From: a virus
Lineage: Duplodnaviria > Heunggongvirae > Uroviricota > Caudoviricetes
DNA: 15,184 nt
IMG/VR virus record: IMGVR_UViG_2516143081_000005
Strand: one strand, 5' to 3'
Position 1 is the stretch's first letter, and each line of letters starts with the position of its first letter. The position numbers and the translations under genes are program-made. Of the stretch, positions 1 through 8,338 are shown one piece after another. The notes under the pieces are model-generated. The model worked only from the letters and a program-made list of their open reading frames with translations, had not been told where the DNA came from and did no database searches.

Positions 1-7
1 CATCCAA

Positions 8-40
8 CCGCAGCACGTTCTTGCTTAAGACGTGCTGCGG
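8..40 (-). terminator. Stem-loop just downstream of tfa on the minus strand; possible weak terminator
   Basis: ccgcagcacg (8-17) pairs with cgtgctgcgg (31-40), extended by tctt/aaga, giving a stem of about 14 bp with a 4-nt loop. The U-tract after it on the minus strand is weak and the window edge truncates context. Confidence 0.25.
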
Positions 41-54
41 CATAATCCCAATGA

Positions 55-639
55 TTACTCCCTGACAGGGTTCGTAGGCCACTCAATATCAGGTGCAGTT
101 GATGTATCAACACGGTTCAGCAACACCCGATACTTTTTCCAGGCTTCCAGCAATGAGGTTTCTTCCTCCGTTGCGATTTCCAGATCTACAGCATCCTGAA
201 GTGGCGCAATATGCTCACTGGCTACCTGCATCAGGCTGTTTTTTATTTCTTCCGCCTCTCGGATCCGGAACAGTTTTTCTGCTTCTGCATCTTTCACCCA
301 GGCTGTGCCGTTCCACTTCTGAAACTCCCCTTCCGGCGATAACCAGGTAACATTTTCCGGTAACGGACCGAGTTCAGAAATAAATAACTCGTCCCCTGAC
401 GCTACGTCATAAACCGTTTTACCCCGATGGTCTTCAACGAGATGCCACGATGCCTCATCACTGTTGAAAACAGCCACAAAGCCAGCAGGAATATCTGGTG
501 GTGCAATATCGGTACTGTTTGCTGGCAGACCTGTATGAGGCGGAATATATGCATCACCTTCACCAATAAATTCATTAGTTCCGGCCAGCAGATTATAAAT
601 TTTTATGGTCCGTGCTTGTTCACTCATTCTGAATGCCAT
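55..639 (-). CDS. tfa: Tail fibre assembly protein (lambda Tfa-like, 194 aa)
   Basis: ORF translation [34 protein letters not shown]... is near-identical over its full length to lambda Tfa as recalled. ATG at 639-637 overlaps the upstream stop (TAATG). Confidence 0.9.
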   Translation of the reverse strand: MAFRMSEQARTIKIYNLLAGTNEFIGEGDAYIPPHTGLPANSTDIAPPDIPAGFVAVFNSDEASWHLVEDHRGKTVYDVASGDELFISELGPLPENVTWLSPEGEFQKWNGTAWVKDAEAEKLFRIREAEEIKNSLMQVASEHIAPLQDAVDLEIATEEETSLLEAWKKYRVLLNRVDTSTAPDIEWPTNPVRE

Positions 640-824
640 TATGCAAGCCTCACAATATAGTTAAATGCGATGTTTTTGACGGTGTTTTCCGCGTTACCAG
701 CAGCGTTAACGGTGATGGTGTGTCCATGTGAGCCAATCGCAACGGAGTGCGTATGAGCACCAATACCGACAGTATGTGCGTGTGCACCTGCGCTTGCAGC
801 AGTGCCGGACAGTGAGTGGGTAAC
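639..824 (-). pseudogene. 3' remnant of a side tail fibre gene (about 60 C-terminal codons)
   Basis: Manual minus-strand translation gives ...[48 protein letters not shown], the conserved C-terminus of lambdoid side tail fibres. It runs straight on from the terminase-fragment stop at 825-827, with no start or N-terminal body. Confidence 0.6.
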
Positions 825-1913
825 TCAAGACCTGTTGCCCCCTGCGTATTGTCTGTCAGCGCGGTTATCCCCTTTCGTTTTCATCCAGTCTTTGACAATC
901 TGCACCCAGGTGGTGAACGGGCTGTACGCCGTCCAGATGTGAAAGGTCACGCTGTCCGGCGGCTCAATCTCTTCACCGGATGACGAAAACCAGAGAATGC
1001 CATCACGGGTCCAGATCCCGGTCTTTTCGCAGATATAACGGGCATCAGTGAAGTCCAGCTCCTGCTGGCGGATGACGCAGGCATTATGTTCGCAGAGATA
1101 AAACACGCTGGAGGGATCATCCGGCGTCCATTTGAGGCCAAACGGCGTCTCTTTATCGCCAAATTTAAGGTACTGCTCCTCCCCGCAGTGCGGGCAGGCA
1201 ACATGAAAACGCATAAAATGCGGGGATTCACTGGCTGCACGCTCAATCTGACAGGTGCCTCTCACTTTGGGCGTGGAGCCACGGATGGACTTTGGCCAGA
1301 CCGAGCCTTCAATACGTTTGTCACCCAGGAACGTCGGAGAGCCTTCCTGTTCAATATCCTCATCAAAGGCAGCAAGTTCATCATAACCCGCCACATCCAC
1401 CGACTTTTCACGGTAGTTTTTTGCCGCTTTACCGCCCAGGCACCAGAAACCACGCCCATTGGTGAAACGCTTCATGGTGAGCGTGTTATCCCGGTGCTTT
1501 TTGCCATACCACGGGGCCAGCGCCAGCAGCGACGGAATATCGCGGATGGTCGGCTCAACGTGGGTTTTCATAAAGTTCTCGGCATCACCATCCGTCGGCA
1601 ACCAGATAAGGGTGTTGCGCTGCTTATGCTCTATAAAGTAGGCATAAACACCCAGCAGCATTTTGGAATAACCGACACGGGCAGACTTCACCACATTCAC
1701 CTCACGGATGTAGTCGCTGCCCATCGCATTCATGATGGCCCGCTGAAAGGGCAGTGTTTCCCAGCGCCCTTCCTGGTATGCGGATTCTTTCGGGAGATAG
1801 TAATTGGCATCCGCCCATTCAACGGCGGTCTGTGGCTCCGGCCTGAACAGTGAGCGAAGCCCGGCGCGGACAAAATGCCGCAGCCTGTTAACCTGACTGT
1901 TCGATATATTCAC
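825..1913 (-). pseudogene. aaaD: Terminase large subunit (lambda gpA) N-terminal fragment, truncated at about residue 348
   Basis: Translation MNISNSQVNRLRHFVRAGLRSLFRPEPQTAVEWADANYYLPKES... matches lambda gpA from residue 1 to about KTKGD, then diverges (NRADRQYAGGNRS*). GTG start and 26-nt overlap with Nu1 as in lambda. The C-terminal nuclease/ATPase part (lambda gpA is about 641 aa) is absent. Confidence 0.85.
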
Positions 1914-2433
1914 TCAGCAACCCCGGTATCAGTTCATCCAGCGCGGCTGCTTTGTTCATGGCTTTGATGATATCCCGTTTCAGGAAATCAACATGTCGGT
2001 TTTCCAGTTCCGGAAAACGCCGCTGCACCGACAGGGGAATCCCGTCGAGAATACTGGCAATTTCACCTGCGATCCGCGACAACACGAAAGTACAGAATGC
2101 GGTTTCCACCACTTCAGCGGAGTCTCTGGCATTCTTCAGTTCCTGTGCGTCGGCCTGCGCACGCGTAAGTCGATGGCGTTCGTACTCAATAGTCCCTGGC
2201 TGGAGATCTGCCTCGCTGGCCTGCCGCAGTTCTTCAACCTCCCGGCGCAGCTTTTCGTTCTCAATTTCAGCATCCCTTTCGGCATACCATTTTATAACGG
2301 CGGCAGAGTCATAAAGCACCTCATTACCCTTGCCACCGCCTCGCAGAACGGGCATTCCCTGTTCCTGCCAGTTCTGAATGGTACGGATACTCGCACCGAA
2401 AATGTCAGCCAGCTGCTTTTTGTTGACTTCCAT
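1888..2433 (-). CDS. nohD: Terminase small subunit Nu1 homologue (181 aa), apparently intact
   Basis: Translation MEVNKKQLADIFGASIRTIQNWQEQGMPVLRGGGKGNEVLYDSAAVIKWYAERD... is essentially lambda Nu1 at full length (181 aa). ATG at 2433-2431. Confidence 0.9.
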   Translation of the reverse strand: MEVNKKQLADIFGASIRTIQNWQEQGMPVLRGGGKGNEVLYDSAAVIKWYAERDAEIENEKLRREVEELRQASEADLQPGTIEYERHRLTRAQADAQELKNARDSAEVVETAFCTFVLSRIAGEIASILDGIPLSVQRRFPELENRHVDFLKRDIIKAMNKAAALDELIPGLLSEYIEQSG

Positions 2434-2439
2434 TGCTCA

Positions 2440-2660
2440 TTCCACGGACAAAAACAGAGAAAGGAAACGACAGAGGCCAAAAAGCTCGCTTTCAGCACCT
2501 GTCGTTTCCTTTCTTTTCAGGGGGTATTTTAAATAAAAACATTAAGTTACGACGAAGAAGAACGGAAACACCTTAAACCGGAAAATTTTCATAAATAGCG
2601 AAAACCCGCGAGGTCGCCGCCCCGTAACCTGTCGGATCGCCGGAAAGGACCCGCAAAATG
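2440..2660 (-). other. cos packaging site (cosB - cosN - cosQ), lambda-type, apparently intact
   Basis: Reverse complement of 2434-2622 reads GGGCGGCGACCTCGCGGGTTTTCGCTATTTATGAAAATTTTCCGGTTTAAGG...GGAAACGACAGGTGCTGAAAGCGAG..., matching the lambda left end (cosB with Nu1/IHF sites) with a few substitutions. 2623-2700 matches the lambda right end (...GATCCGACAGGTTACG). Confidence 0.85.
2611..2622 (-). other. cosN: 12-nt cohesive-end sequence (GGGCGGCGACCT on the minus strand)
   Basis: Plus-strand AGGTCGCCGCCC at 2611-2622 is the reverse complement of the lambda cohesive end, flanked by CGTAACC (cosQ side). Confidence 0.8.
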
Positions 2661-2821
2661 ATAATAATTATCATCTACATGTCACAACGTGCATCTACGC
2701 CATCAAACCACGTCAAATAATCAATTATGACGCAGGTATCGTATTAATTGATCTGCATCAACTTAACGTAAAAACAACTTCAGACAATACAAATCAGCGA
2801 CACTGAATACGGGGCAACCTC

Positions 2822-3016
2822 ATGTCAACGAAGAACAGAACCCGCAGAACAACAACCCGCAACATCCGCTTTCCTAACCAAATGATTGAACAAATTAACA
2901 TCGCTCTTGAGCAAAAAGGGTCCGGGAATTTCTCAGCCTGGGTCATTGAAGCCTGCCGTCGGAGACTAACGTCAGAAAAGAGAGCATATACATCAATTAA
3001 AAGTGATGAAGAATGA
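2822..3016 (+). CDS. ylcI: Small basic protein (64 aa), YlcI-like; possibly ribbon-helix-helix DNA-binding
   Basis: ORF MSTKNRTRRTTTRNIRFPNQMIEQINIALEQKGSGNFSAWVIEACRRRL...: basic N-terminus, a short beta-strand-like RNIRFP then two helices, which resembles an RHH fold (inference). Size and position between cos and the ybcW-like gene fit ylcI of DLP12 (from memory). Confidence 0.55.
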   Translation: MSTKNRTRRTTTRNIRFPNQMIEQINIALEQKGSGNFSAWVIEACRRRLTSEKRAYTSIKSDEE

Positions 3017-3116
3017 ACATCCCGCGTTCTTCCCTCCGAACAGGACGATATTGTAAATTCACTTAATTACGAGGGCATTGCAGTAATTGAGTTGCAGTTT
3101 TACCACTTTCCTGACA

Positions 3117-3144
3117 GTGACAGACTGCGTGTTGGCTCTGTCAC
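3117..3144. terminator. Hairpin between convergent ylcI-like and ybcW-like genes; possible bidirectional terminator
   Basis: gtgacaga (3117-3124) pairs with tctgtcac (3137-3144) around a 12-nt loop. No strong U-tract on either side. Confidence 0.3.
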
Positions 3145-3180
3145 AGGCTAAATAGTTTGAATGATTAGCAGTTATGGTGA

Positions 3181-3387
3181 TCAGTCAACCACCAGGGAAT
3201 AATCCTTCATATTATTATCGTGCTTCACCAACGCTGCCTCAATTGCTCTGAATGCTTCCAGAGACACCTTATGTTCTATACATGCAATTACAACATCAGG
3301 GTAACTCATAGAAATGGTGCTATTAAGCATATTTTTTACACGAATCAGATCCACGGAGGGATCATCAGCAGATTGTTCTTTATTCAT
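3181..3387 (-). CDS. ybcW: Uncharacterised prophage protein (68 aa), YbcW-like
   Basis: ORF of 68 aa with ATG at 3387-3385 and GGAG about 9 nt upstream. Size and position match ybcW of DLP12 and the small ORF near the right end of lambda (from memory). Confidence 0.65.
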
Positions 3388-3672
3388 TTTGTCGCTCCAT
3401 GCGCTTGCTCTTCATCTAGCGGTTAAAATATTACTTCAAATCTTTCTGTATGAAGATTTGAGCACGTTGGCCTTACATACATCTGTCGGTTGTATTTCCC
3501 TCCAGAATGCCAGCAGGACCGCACTTTGTTACGCAACCAATACTATTAAGTGAAAACATTCCTAATATTTGACATAAATCATCAACAAAACACAAAGAGG
3601 TCAGACCAGATTGAAACGATAAAAACGATAATGCAAACTACGCGCCCTCGTATCACATGGAAGGTTTTACCA

Positions 3673-4083
3673 ATGGCTCAGGTTGCCATTTTTAAAGAAA
3701 TATTCGATCAAGTGCGAAAAGATTTAAACTGTGAATTGTTTTATTCTGAACTAAAACGTCACAACGTCTCACATTATATTTACTATCTAGCCACAGATAA
3801 TATTCACATCGTGTTAGAAAACGATAACACTGTGTTAATAAAAGGACTTAAAAAGGTTGTAAATGTTAAATTCTCAAGAAACACGCATCTTATAGAAACG
3901 TCCTATGATAGGTTGAAATCAAGAGAAATCACATTTCAGCAATACAGGGAAAATCTTGCTAAAGCAGGAGTTTTCCGATGGGTTACAAATATCCATGAAC
4001 ATAAAAGATATTACTATACCTTTGATAATTCATTACTATTTACTGAGAGCATTCAGAACACTACACAAATCTTTCCACGCTAA
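3673..4083 (+). CDS. ybcV: Uncharacterised prophage protein, YbcV-like (136 aa from the ATG at 3673; ORF is open from 3550)
   Basis: ORF 3550-4083. The internal ATG at 3673 has a GGAAGG Shine-Dalgarno 8 nt upstream and gives 136 aa ([19 protein letters not shown]...), matching the expected YbcV size. Start is ambiguous. Confidence 0.7.
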   Translation: MAQVAIFKEIFDQVRKDLNCELFYSELKRHNVSHYIYYLATDNIHIVLENDNTVLIKGLKKVVNVKFSRNTHLIETSYDRLKSREITFQQYRENLAKAGVFRWVTNIHEHKRYYYTFDNSLLFTESIQNTTQIFPR

Positions 4084-4373
4084 ATCATAACGTCCGGTTT
4101 CTTCCGTGTCAGCACCGGGGCGTTGGCATAATGCAATACGTGTACGCGCTAAACCCTGTGTGCATCGTTTTTAATTATTCCCGGACACTCCCGCAGAGAA
4201 GTTCCCCGTCAGGGCTGTGGACATAGTTAATCCGGGAATACAATGACGATTCATCGCACCTGACATACATTAATAAATATTAACAATATGAAATTTCAAC
4301 TCATTGTTTAGGGTTTGTTTAATTTTCTACACATACGATTCTGCGAACTTCAAAAAGCATCGGGAATAACACC

Positions 4374-4667
4374 ATGAAAAAAATGCTACTCGCTACTGCG
4401 CTGGCCCTGCTTATTACAGGATGTGCTCAACAGACGTTTACTGTTCAAAACAAACCGGCAGCAGTAGCACCAAAGGAAACCATCACTCATCATTTCTTCG
4501 TTTCTGGAATTGGGCAGAAGAAAACTGTCGATGCAGCCAAAATTTGTGGCGGCGCAGAAAATGTTGTTAAAACAGAAACCCAGCAAACATTCGTAAATGG
4601 ATTGCTCGGTTTTATTACTTTAGGCATTTATACTCCGCTGGAAGCGCGTGTGTATTGCTCACAATAA
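4374..4667 (+). CDS. borD: Bor lipoprotein (serum-resistance moron), 97 aa
   Basis: MKKMLLATALALLITGCAQQ... has a signal peptide with lipobox LITGC. The full sequence matches lambda Bor as recalled. Confidence 0.9.
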   Translation: MKKMLLATALALLITGCAQQTFTVQNKPAAVAPKETITHHFFVSGIGQKKTVDAAKICGGAENVVKTETQQTFVNGLLGFITLGIYTPLEARVYCSQ

Positions 4668-4673
4668 TTGCAT

Positions 4674-4699
4674 GAGTTGCCCATCGATATGGGCAACTC
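4674..4699. terminator. Perfect 10-bp stem-loop between convergent bor and Rz
   Basis: gagttgccca (4674-4683), loop tcgata, tgggcaactc (4690-4699). It overlaps the Rz stop codon. Confidence 0.4.
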
Positions 4700-5160
4700 T
4701 ATCTGCACTGCTCATTAATATACTTCTGGGTTCCTTCCAGTTGTTTTTGCATAGTGATCAGCCTCTCTCTGAGGGTGAAATAATCCCGTTCAGCGGTGTC
4801 TGCCAGTCGGGGGGAGGCTGCATTATCCACGCCGGAGGCGGTGGTGGCTTCACGCACTGACTGACAGACTGCTTTGATGTGCAACCGACGACGACCAGCG
4901 GCAACATCATCACGCAGAGCATCATTTTCAGCTTTCGCATCAGCTAACTCCTTCGTGTATTTTGCATCGAGCGCAGCAACATCACGCTGACGCATCTGCA
5001 TGTCAGTAATTGCCGCGTTCGCCAGCTTCAGTTCTCTGACATTTTTGTCGCGCTGGGCTTTGTAGGTAATGGCGTTATCACGGTAATGATTAACAGCCCA
5101 TGACAGGCAGACGATGATGCAGATAACCAGAGCGGAGATAATCGCGGTTACTCTGTTCAT
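4699..5160 (-). CDS. rzpD: i-spanin Rz (153 aa)
   Basis: [21 protein letters not shown]... has an N-terminal TM helix then a coiled-coil-like periplasmic domain. ATG at 5160-5158 overlaps the endolysin stop (ATGA). ORF is open from 5172. Confidence 0.85.
   Translation of the reverse strand: MNRVTAIISALVICIIVCLSWAVNHYRDNAITYKAQRDKNVRELKLANAAITDMQMRQRDVAALDAKYTKELADAKAENDALRDDVAAGRRRLHIKAVCQSVREATTASGVDNAASPRLADTAERDYFTLRERLITMQKQLEGTQKYINEQCR
4758..4940 (-). CDS. rzoD: o-spanin Rz1 lipoprotein (60 aa), embedded in the +1 frame of Rz
   Basis: [22 protein letters not shown]... has a lipobox VVGC followed by a proline-rich stretch (PPPPPAW...PPPDW). Lies entirely inside Rz. Confidence 0.8.
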   Translation of the reverse strand: MRKLKMMLCVMMLPLVVVGCTSKQSVSQCVKPPPPPAWIMQPPPDWQTPLNGIISPSERG

Positions 5161-5654
5161 TGCTGACCCCACAAACAGATTTCACGCTCAATCTCACGAC
5201 GAGTCATGAGACCTTTCCATTGCTTACCGCCAGCATATGTCCAGCGACGTAGCTGATCACATGCGCCTTTGATATCGCCCTGGTTTATTTTGCGAAGAAG
5301 CGTCGATGTTCTGAAATTGCCAGCACCCACGTTGTAAACGAATGAGTAAAGAGCGCCGCGCGTTGTTTCCGGTATATCGACTTTGATGTACGGGTTAATT
5401 TGTCTGGCGACAGTGGCAAGGTCTTTATTCAAGAGTGCTTTGCATTCTGCTTTGGTATACGTTTTACCGAGCATGATGTCTTTTCCTGTATGCCCGTGAC
5501 ATACAGTCCATACACCAACAATATCTTTATATGGTATGTAGCTGACACCTTCCAGACCATCGTCACCACTCGGACCAGTGATGAGCACAGACGCTATGGC
5601 AACAGCCCCACCACCAATAGCAGCTGCTACAGCCTTGCGTAATGATGGCGACAT
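5157..5654 (-). CDS. rrrD: SAR endolysin (phage 21 R-type lysozyme, 165 aa)
   Basis: N-terminal Gly/Ala-rich signal-anchor-release segment ([20 protein letters not shown]), then a T4-lysozyme-like core with E/D/T catalytic residues ([17 protein letters not shown]). Confidence 0.9.
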   Translation of the reverse strand: MSPSLRKAVAAAIGGGAVAIASVLITGPSGDDGLEGVSYIPYKDIVGVWTVCHGHTGKDIMLGKTYTKAECKALLNKDLATVARQINPYIKVDIPETTRGALYSFVYNVGAGNFRTSTLLRKINQGDIKGACDQLRRWTYAGGKQWKGLMTRREIEREICLWGQQ

Positions 5655-5869
5655 TATTCACCTCTCGCAGCCTTACGCTTATCTTCTTTAATCTTGAAAT
5701 AAAGGTTTGTCAGGTACGTCAGCAGGCCAAATACCAGGCTACCCAGCACTCCAATTGCCGCCCACTGTGAGGGCGTGACTTTATCTAGCAGCTGTAAAAA
5801 CCAGTACCCGGCACTACCTGCTGAGGTGCCATAGGCGACACCCGTTGTTAACTTATCCATGGATTTCAT
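5654..5869 (-). CDS. essD: Class II holin (phage 21 S-type pinholin, 71 aa) with dual-start motif
   Basis: [30 protein letters not shown]... has two TM segments. ATG codons at 5869 and 5860 (M1-K2-S3-M4) give the holin/antiholin dual start. Confidence 0.9.
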
Positions 5870-5992
5870 AACCCCACCTCGCAGACAAAGCGGGTGTAAA
5901 TTGAGGGAATACTACGAAACGTAACAGACTCGGAGTCAGTGAATAACTCAGGTATTGGGTTATCAGCTAATATCGAGACTCAAAAAATGGAA

Positions 5993-6014
5993 AAACCCGC
6001 TCGACGGCGGGTTT
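5993..6014 (-). terminator. Rho-independent terminator on the minus strand upstream of the holin; candidate tR'
   Basis: Minus-strand reading AAACCCGCCGUCGAGCGGGUUU followed by UUCCAUUUUUUGAG. Stem 5993-6000 / 6007-6014 with loop 6001-6006. Lies about 125 nt upstream of the holin start. Confidence 0.5.
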
Positions 6015-6441
6015 AAGCTGTGTGACGAAGTAACCACTCTTAACAGCATAACCAATTTTTTACGTACGTAAACCACTAAATGATATTTGCGAGAATGCTA
6101 CCGAGTATTGAAAACACCACTACAAATACATAAGCAAATCTCAACAAATAACCAACAAATAATTTCCAGTGTTATTTTTAGCCGATTTAAATTGAACCTT
6201 CAAATTATAGAGCACTTATAAATAACAGCCGTTAATATAAATTGGCTAATAGATTTATTTTTATTCAGCCAAGAGCTATAAATAGGATTCGATAGAAAAA
6301 AGTTCAGATAAAAATAGAGATCTACTTCACAAATCAAACGAGAAACCAAAACTTACATCTTGAAATAATCACATTGATTAGATGAATATTTATCGCGCAG
6401 TGACATCATTTTTTAATAATAGTTCAAAAAAAGGGCTCACG

Positions 6442-7539
6442 ATGAAAAAATTAACAGTGGCAATTTCTGCTGTAGCTGCATCAGTACTGATGGCGATGTC
6501 TGCTCAGGCAGCTGAAATTTATAATAAAGACAGTAACAAGCTGGATCTGTACGGGAAAGTTAATGCTAAGCACTACTTCTCCTCTAATGATGCAGATGAT
6601 GGTGATACTACTTATGCCCGTCTTGGCTTCAAAGGTGAAACCCAAATCAACGATCAGCTGACTGGTTTCGGTCAGTGGGAATATGAATTCAAAGGCAACC
6701 GCGCTGAATCTCAAGGTTCCTCCAAAGACAAAACCCGTCTTGCATTTGCAGGCCTGAAATTCGGTGACTACGGCTCAATCGATTACGGCCGTAACTACGG
6801 TGTAGCATACGACATCGGTGCGTGGACTGACGTTCTGCCAGAATTCGGTGGCGATACCTGGACCCAAACAGATGTGTTCATGACTGGTCGTACCACTGGT
6901 GTTGCAACCTATCGTAACAACGACTTCTTTGGTCTGGTTGATGGTCTGAACTTTGCTGCTCAGTACCAAGGCAAAAACGATCGTAGCGATTTCGATAACT
7001 ACACTGAAGGTAACGGTGATGGCTTCGGTTTCTCTGCTACCTATGAATACGAAGGATTCGGTATCGGTGCAACTTATGCGAAATCTGATCGTACCGACAC
7101 TCAAGTTAATGCAGGGAAAGTTCTTCCTGAAGTATTTGCTTCCGGTAAAAATGCAGAAGTTTGGGCCGCAGGTCTGAAATATGACGCTAACAACATTTAC
7201 CTGGCCACTACCTATTCTGAAACCCAGAATATGACTGTATTTGCTGATCACTTCGTTGCTAATAAAGCTCAAAACTTCGAAGCTGTTGCACAATATCAGT
7301 TCGATTTCGGTCTGCGTCCGTCCGTTGCTTACCTGCAATCTAAAGGTAAGGATCTTGGAGTATGGGGCGATCAGGACTTAGTCAAATATGTTGATGTAGG
7401 TGCAACCTATTACTTCAACAAAAATATGTCTACTTTCGTTGATTACAAAATCAACCTGCTTGACAAAAATGACTTCACTAAAGCACTCGGTGTAAGCACT
7501 GATGACATCGTTGCTGTAGGTCTGGTTTACCAGTTCTAA
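6442..7539 (+). CDS. nmpC: Outer-membrane general porin (OmpC/OmpF/PhoE family, NmpC-like), 365 aa, apparently intact
   Basis: [23 protein letters not shown] | [16 protein letters not shown]... has a signal peptide with AQA cleavage site, the porin N-terminal signature and the C-terminal ...VGLVYQF beta-barrel motif. ATG at 6442 preferred over the ORF-track start at 6382. Confidence 0.9.
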   Translation: MKKLTVAISAVAASVLMAMSAQAAEIYNKDSNKLDLYGKVNAKHYFSSNDADDGDTTYARLGFKGETQINDQLTGFGQWEYEFKGNRAESQGSSKDKTRLAFAGLKFGDYGSIDYGRNYGVAYDIGAWTDVLPEFGGDTWTQTDVFMTGRTTGVATYRNNDFFGLVDGLNFAAQYQGKNDRSDFDNYTEGNGDGFGFSATYEYEGFGIGATYAKSDRTDTQVNAGKVLPEVFASGKNAEVWAAGLKYDANNIYLATTYSETQNMTVFADHFVANKAQNFEAVAQYQFDFGLRPSVAYLQSKGKDLGVWGDQDLVKYVDVGATYYFNKNMSTFVDYKINLLDKNDFTKALGVSTDDIVAVGLVYQF

Positions 7540-7676
7540 TCTGATTACGAAAAAGATATGTTGCGGGAGGCTTTGCCTCCCCAACATATAAGTGGCTCCC
7601 TCAAGCCACTTCCTTTAGGAGCACAACCTTGCTTCTAACTATATAAACCTTCTGTTATATATTACCCTTTATTTTT

Positions 7677-7702
7677 GGGGGCGTTGCAACGCCCCATTTT
7701 TA
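7677..7702 (+). terminator. Rho-independent terminator downstream of the porin gene
   Basis: Palindrome ggggcgttgcaacgcccc (7677-7694) followed by ATTTTTAAT. The minus-strand version is followed by an A-rich tract, so it is plus-strand-specific. Confidence 0.5.
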
Positions 7703-7728
7703 ATAACTTTTAGTAAACAACTGGCATA

Positions 7729-8112
7729 TTAATTAGAGTTATTAACAACGATATCCATCTCTAACCGGATATCTAATGCCATTAACATCCCTTCAATTAT
7801 ACCCTCAGCCTTCTGTAACCTTTTCCCGATATAACCATCAGAGCAGCAATGCTTACCTGCCAGTGACATGAATGTCATACCGACTACATAATAATCTACT
7901 AATAAATCGTGCAAATCGCTGTTGTTCTTTTTCAGACGGGCCATGCACCCGCAAATGAGCATCGCGTCATCGTCACAACATTGCGGGCGAGATTTTACTT
8001 TTGAAGGAATTAATCCCTTAAAACCGGCGGCAATGGACGACCAGGTCACATCTTCATGATTATTAGCCGCCCACGCTCCCCAACGCTCAAGAACCATCTG
8101 AATATCACGCAT
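7729..8112 (-). CDS. quuD: Late-gene antiterminator Q (phage 21/82 type), 127 aa
   Basis: [24 protein letters not shown]... with Cys-rich motif ([12 protein letters not shown]...HCC). First ATG at 8112 with GGAG upstream; the ORF-track start at 8127 is a TTG. Confidence 0.85.
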   Translation of the reverse strand: MRDIQMVLERWGAWAANNHEDVTWSSIAAGFKGLIPSKVKSRPQCCDDDAMLICGCMARLKKNNSDLHDLLVDYYVVGMTFMSLAGKHCCSDGYIGKRLQKAEGIIEGMLMALDIRLEMDIVVNNSN

Positions 8113-8197
8113 CAACTTACTCCACAAAAATCAGACCAGAACGCCAATTACAAGCAAAAATCAACAAAACAGTATTAGTTGATTGTTATCTCTGACT

Positions 8198-8338
8198 TCA
8201 TACTCCTGCTCCTGTCAGGGTTTTGGCGTAATTCTTCAGTATTCGGTAATCGGTCAAAACAGAACCGGGGAAACGATATAAGCGCAGACGCCCCCAGCGG
8301 TGGCGAAGAAGTTCTGCCATATTAAACTCAAACATCAT
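8198..8338 (-). CDS. ylcG: Small protein (46 aa), YlcG-like; not in the ORF track
   Basis: Manual translation [46 protein letters not shown]. Start overlaps the rusA stop (ATGA); stop at 8198-8200. Confidence 0.6.
   Translation of the reverse strand: MMFEFNMAELLRHRWGRLRLYRFPGSVLTDYRILKNYAKTLTGAGV

Noticed and set aside
93-660. Plus-strand ORFs 93-350 and 427-660 (85 and 77 aa)
   Set aside because: They lie entirely antisense to the well-supported tfa gene, with no Shine-Dalgarno and no recognisable features; treated as chance ORFs.
947-1853. ORFs 947-1246 (-), 1086-1853 (+), 1262-1459 (-) and 1459-1641 (+) overlapping the terminase fragment
   Set aside because: Alternative-frame or antisense ORFs inside a region fully explained by lambda gpA homology; the sequences are Arg-rich or low-complexity with no motifs.
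1952-2532. Plus-strand ORFs 1952-2314 and 1993-2532 and minus ORF 2292-2498
   Set aside because: Antisense or out-of-frame to Nu1, and the last two extend into the cos site; the region is accounted for by Nu1 and cosB.
6204-6232. Annotating a specific pR' promoter (minus-strand TATAAT at about 6204-6209) as a feature
   Set aside because: No acceptable -35 hexamer at 16-18 bp spacing and no qut-like element that I can identify; kept as a hypothesis in the findings only.
6382-6441. Upstream start for the porin gene at 6382 ([20 protein letters not shown]...)
   Set aside because: The extension lacks a Shine-Dalgarno and would place 20 non-signal residues before the signal peptide. The ATG at 6442 gives a canonical [23 protein letters not shown] signal peptide.
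6481-7587. Minus-strand ORFs 6481-6714, 6775-7338 and 7378-7587 and plus ORF 6953-7177
   Set aside because: Antisense or out-of-frame within the porin gene; no features of genuine proteins.
7555-7610. Hairpins at 7555-7589 and 7591-7610 as the porin terminator
   Set aside because: Neither is followed by a U-tract on the plus strand; the palindrome at 7677-7694 followed by ATTTTTAAT is the better terminator. Kept as a note in a finding, not a feature.
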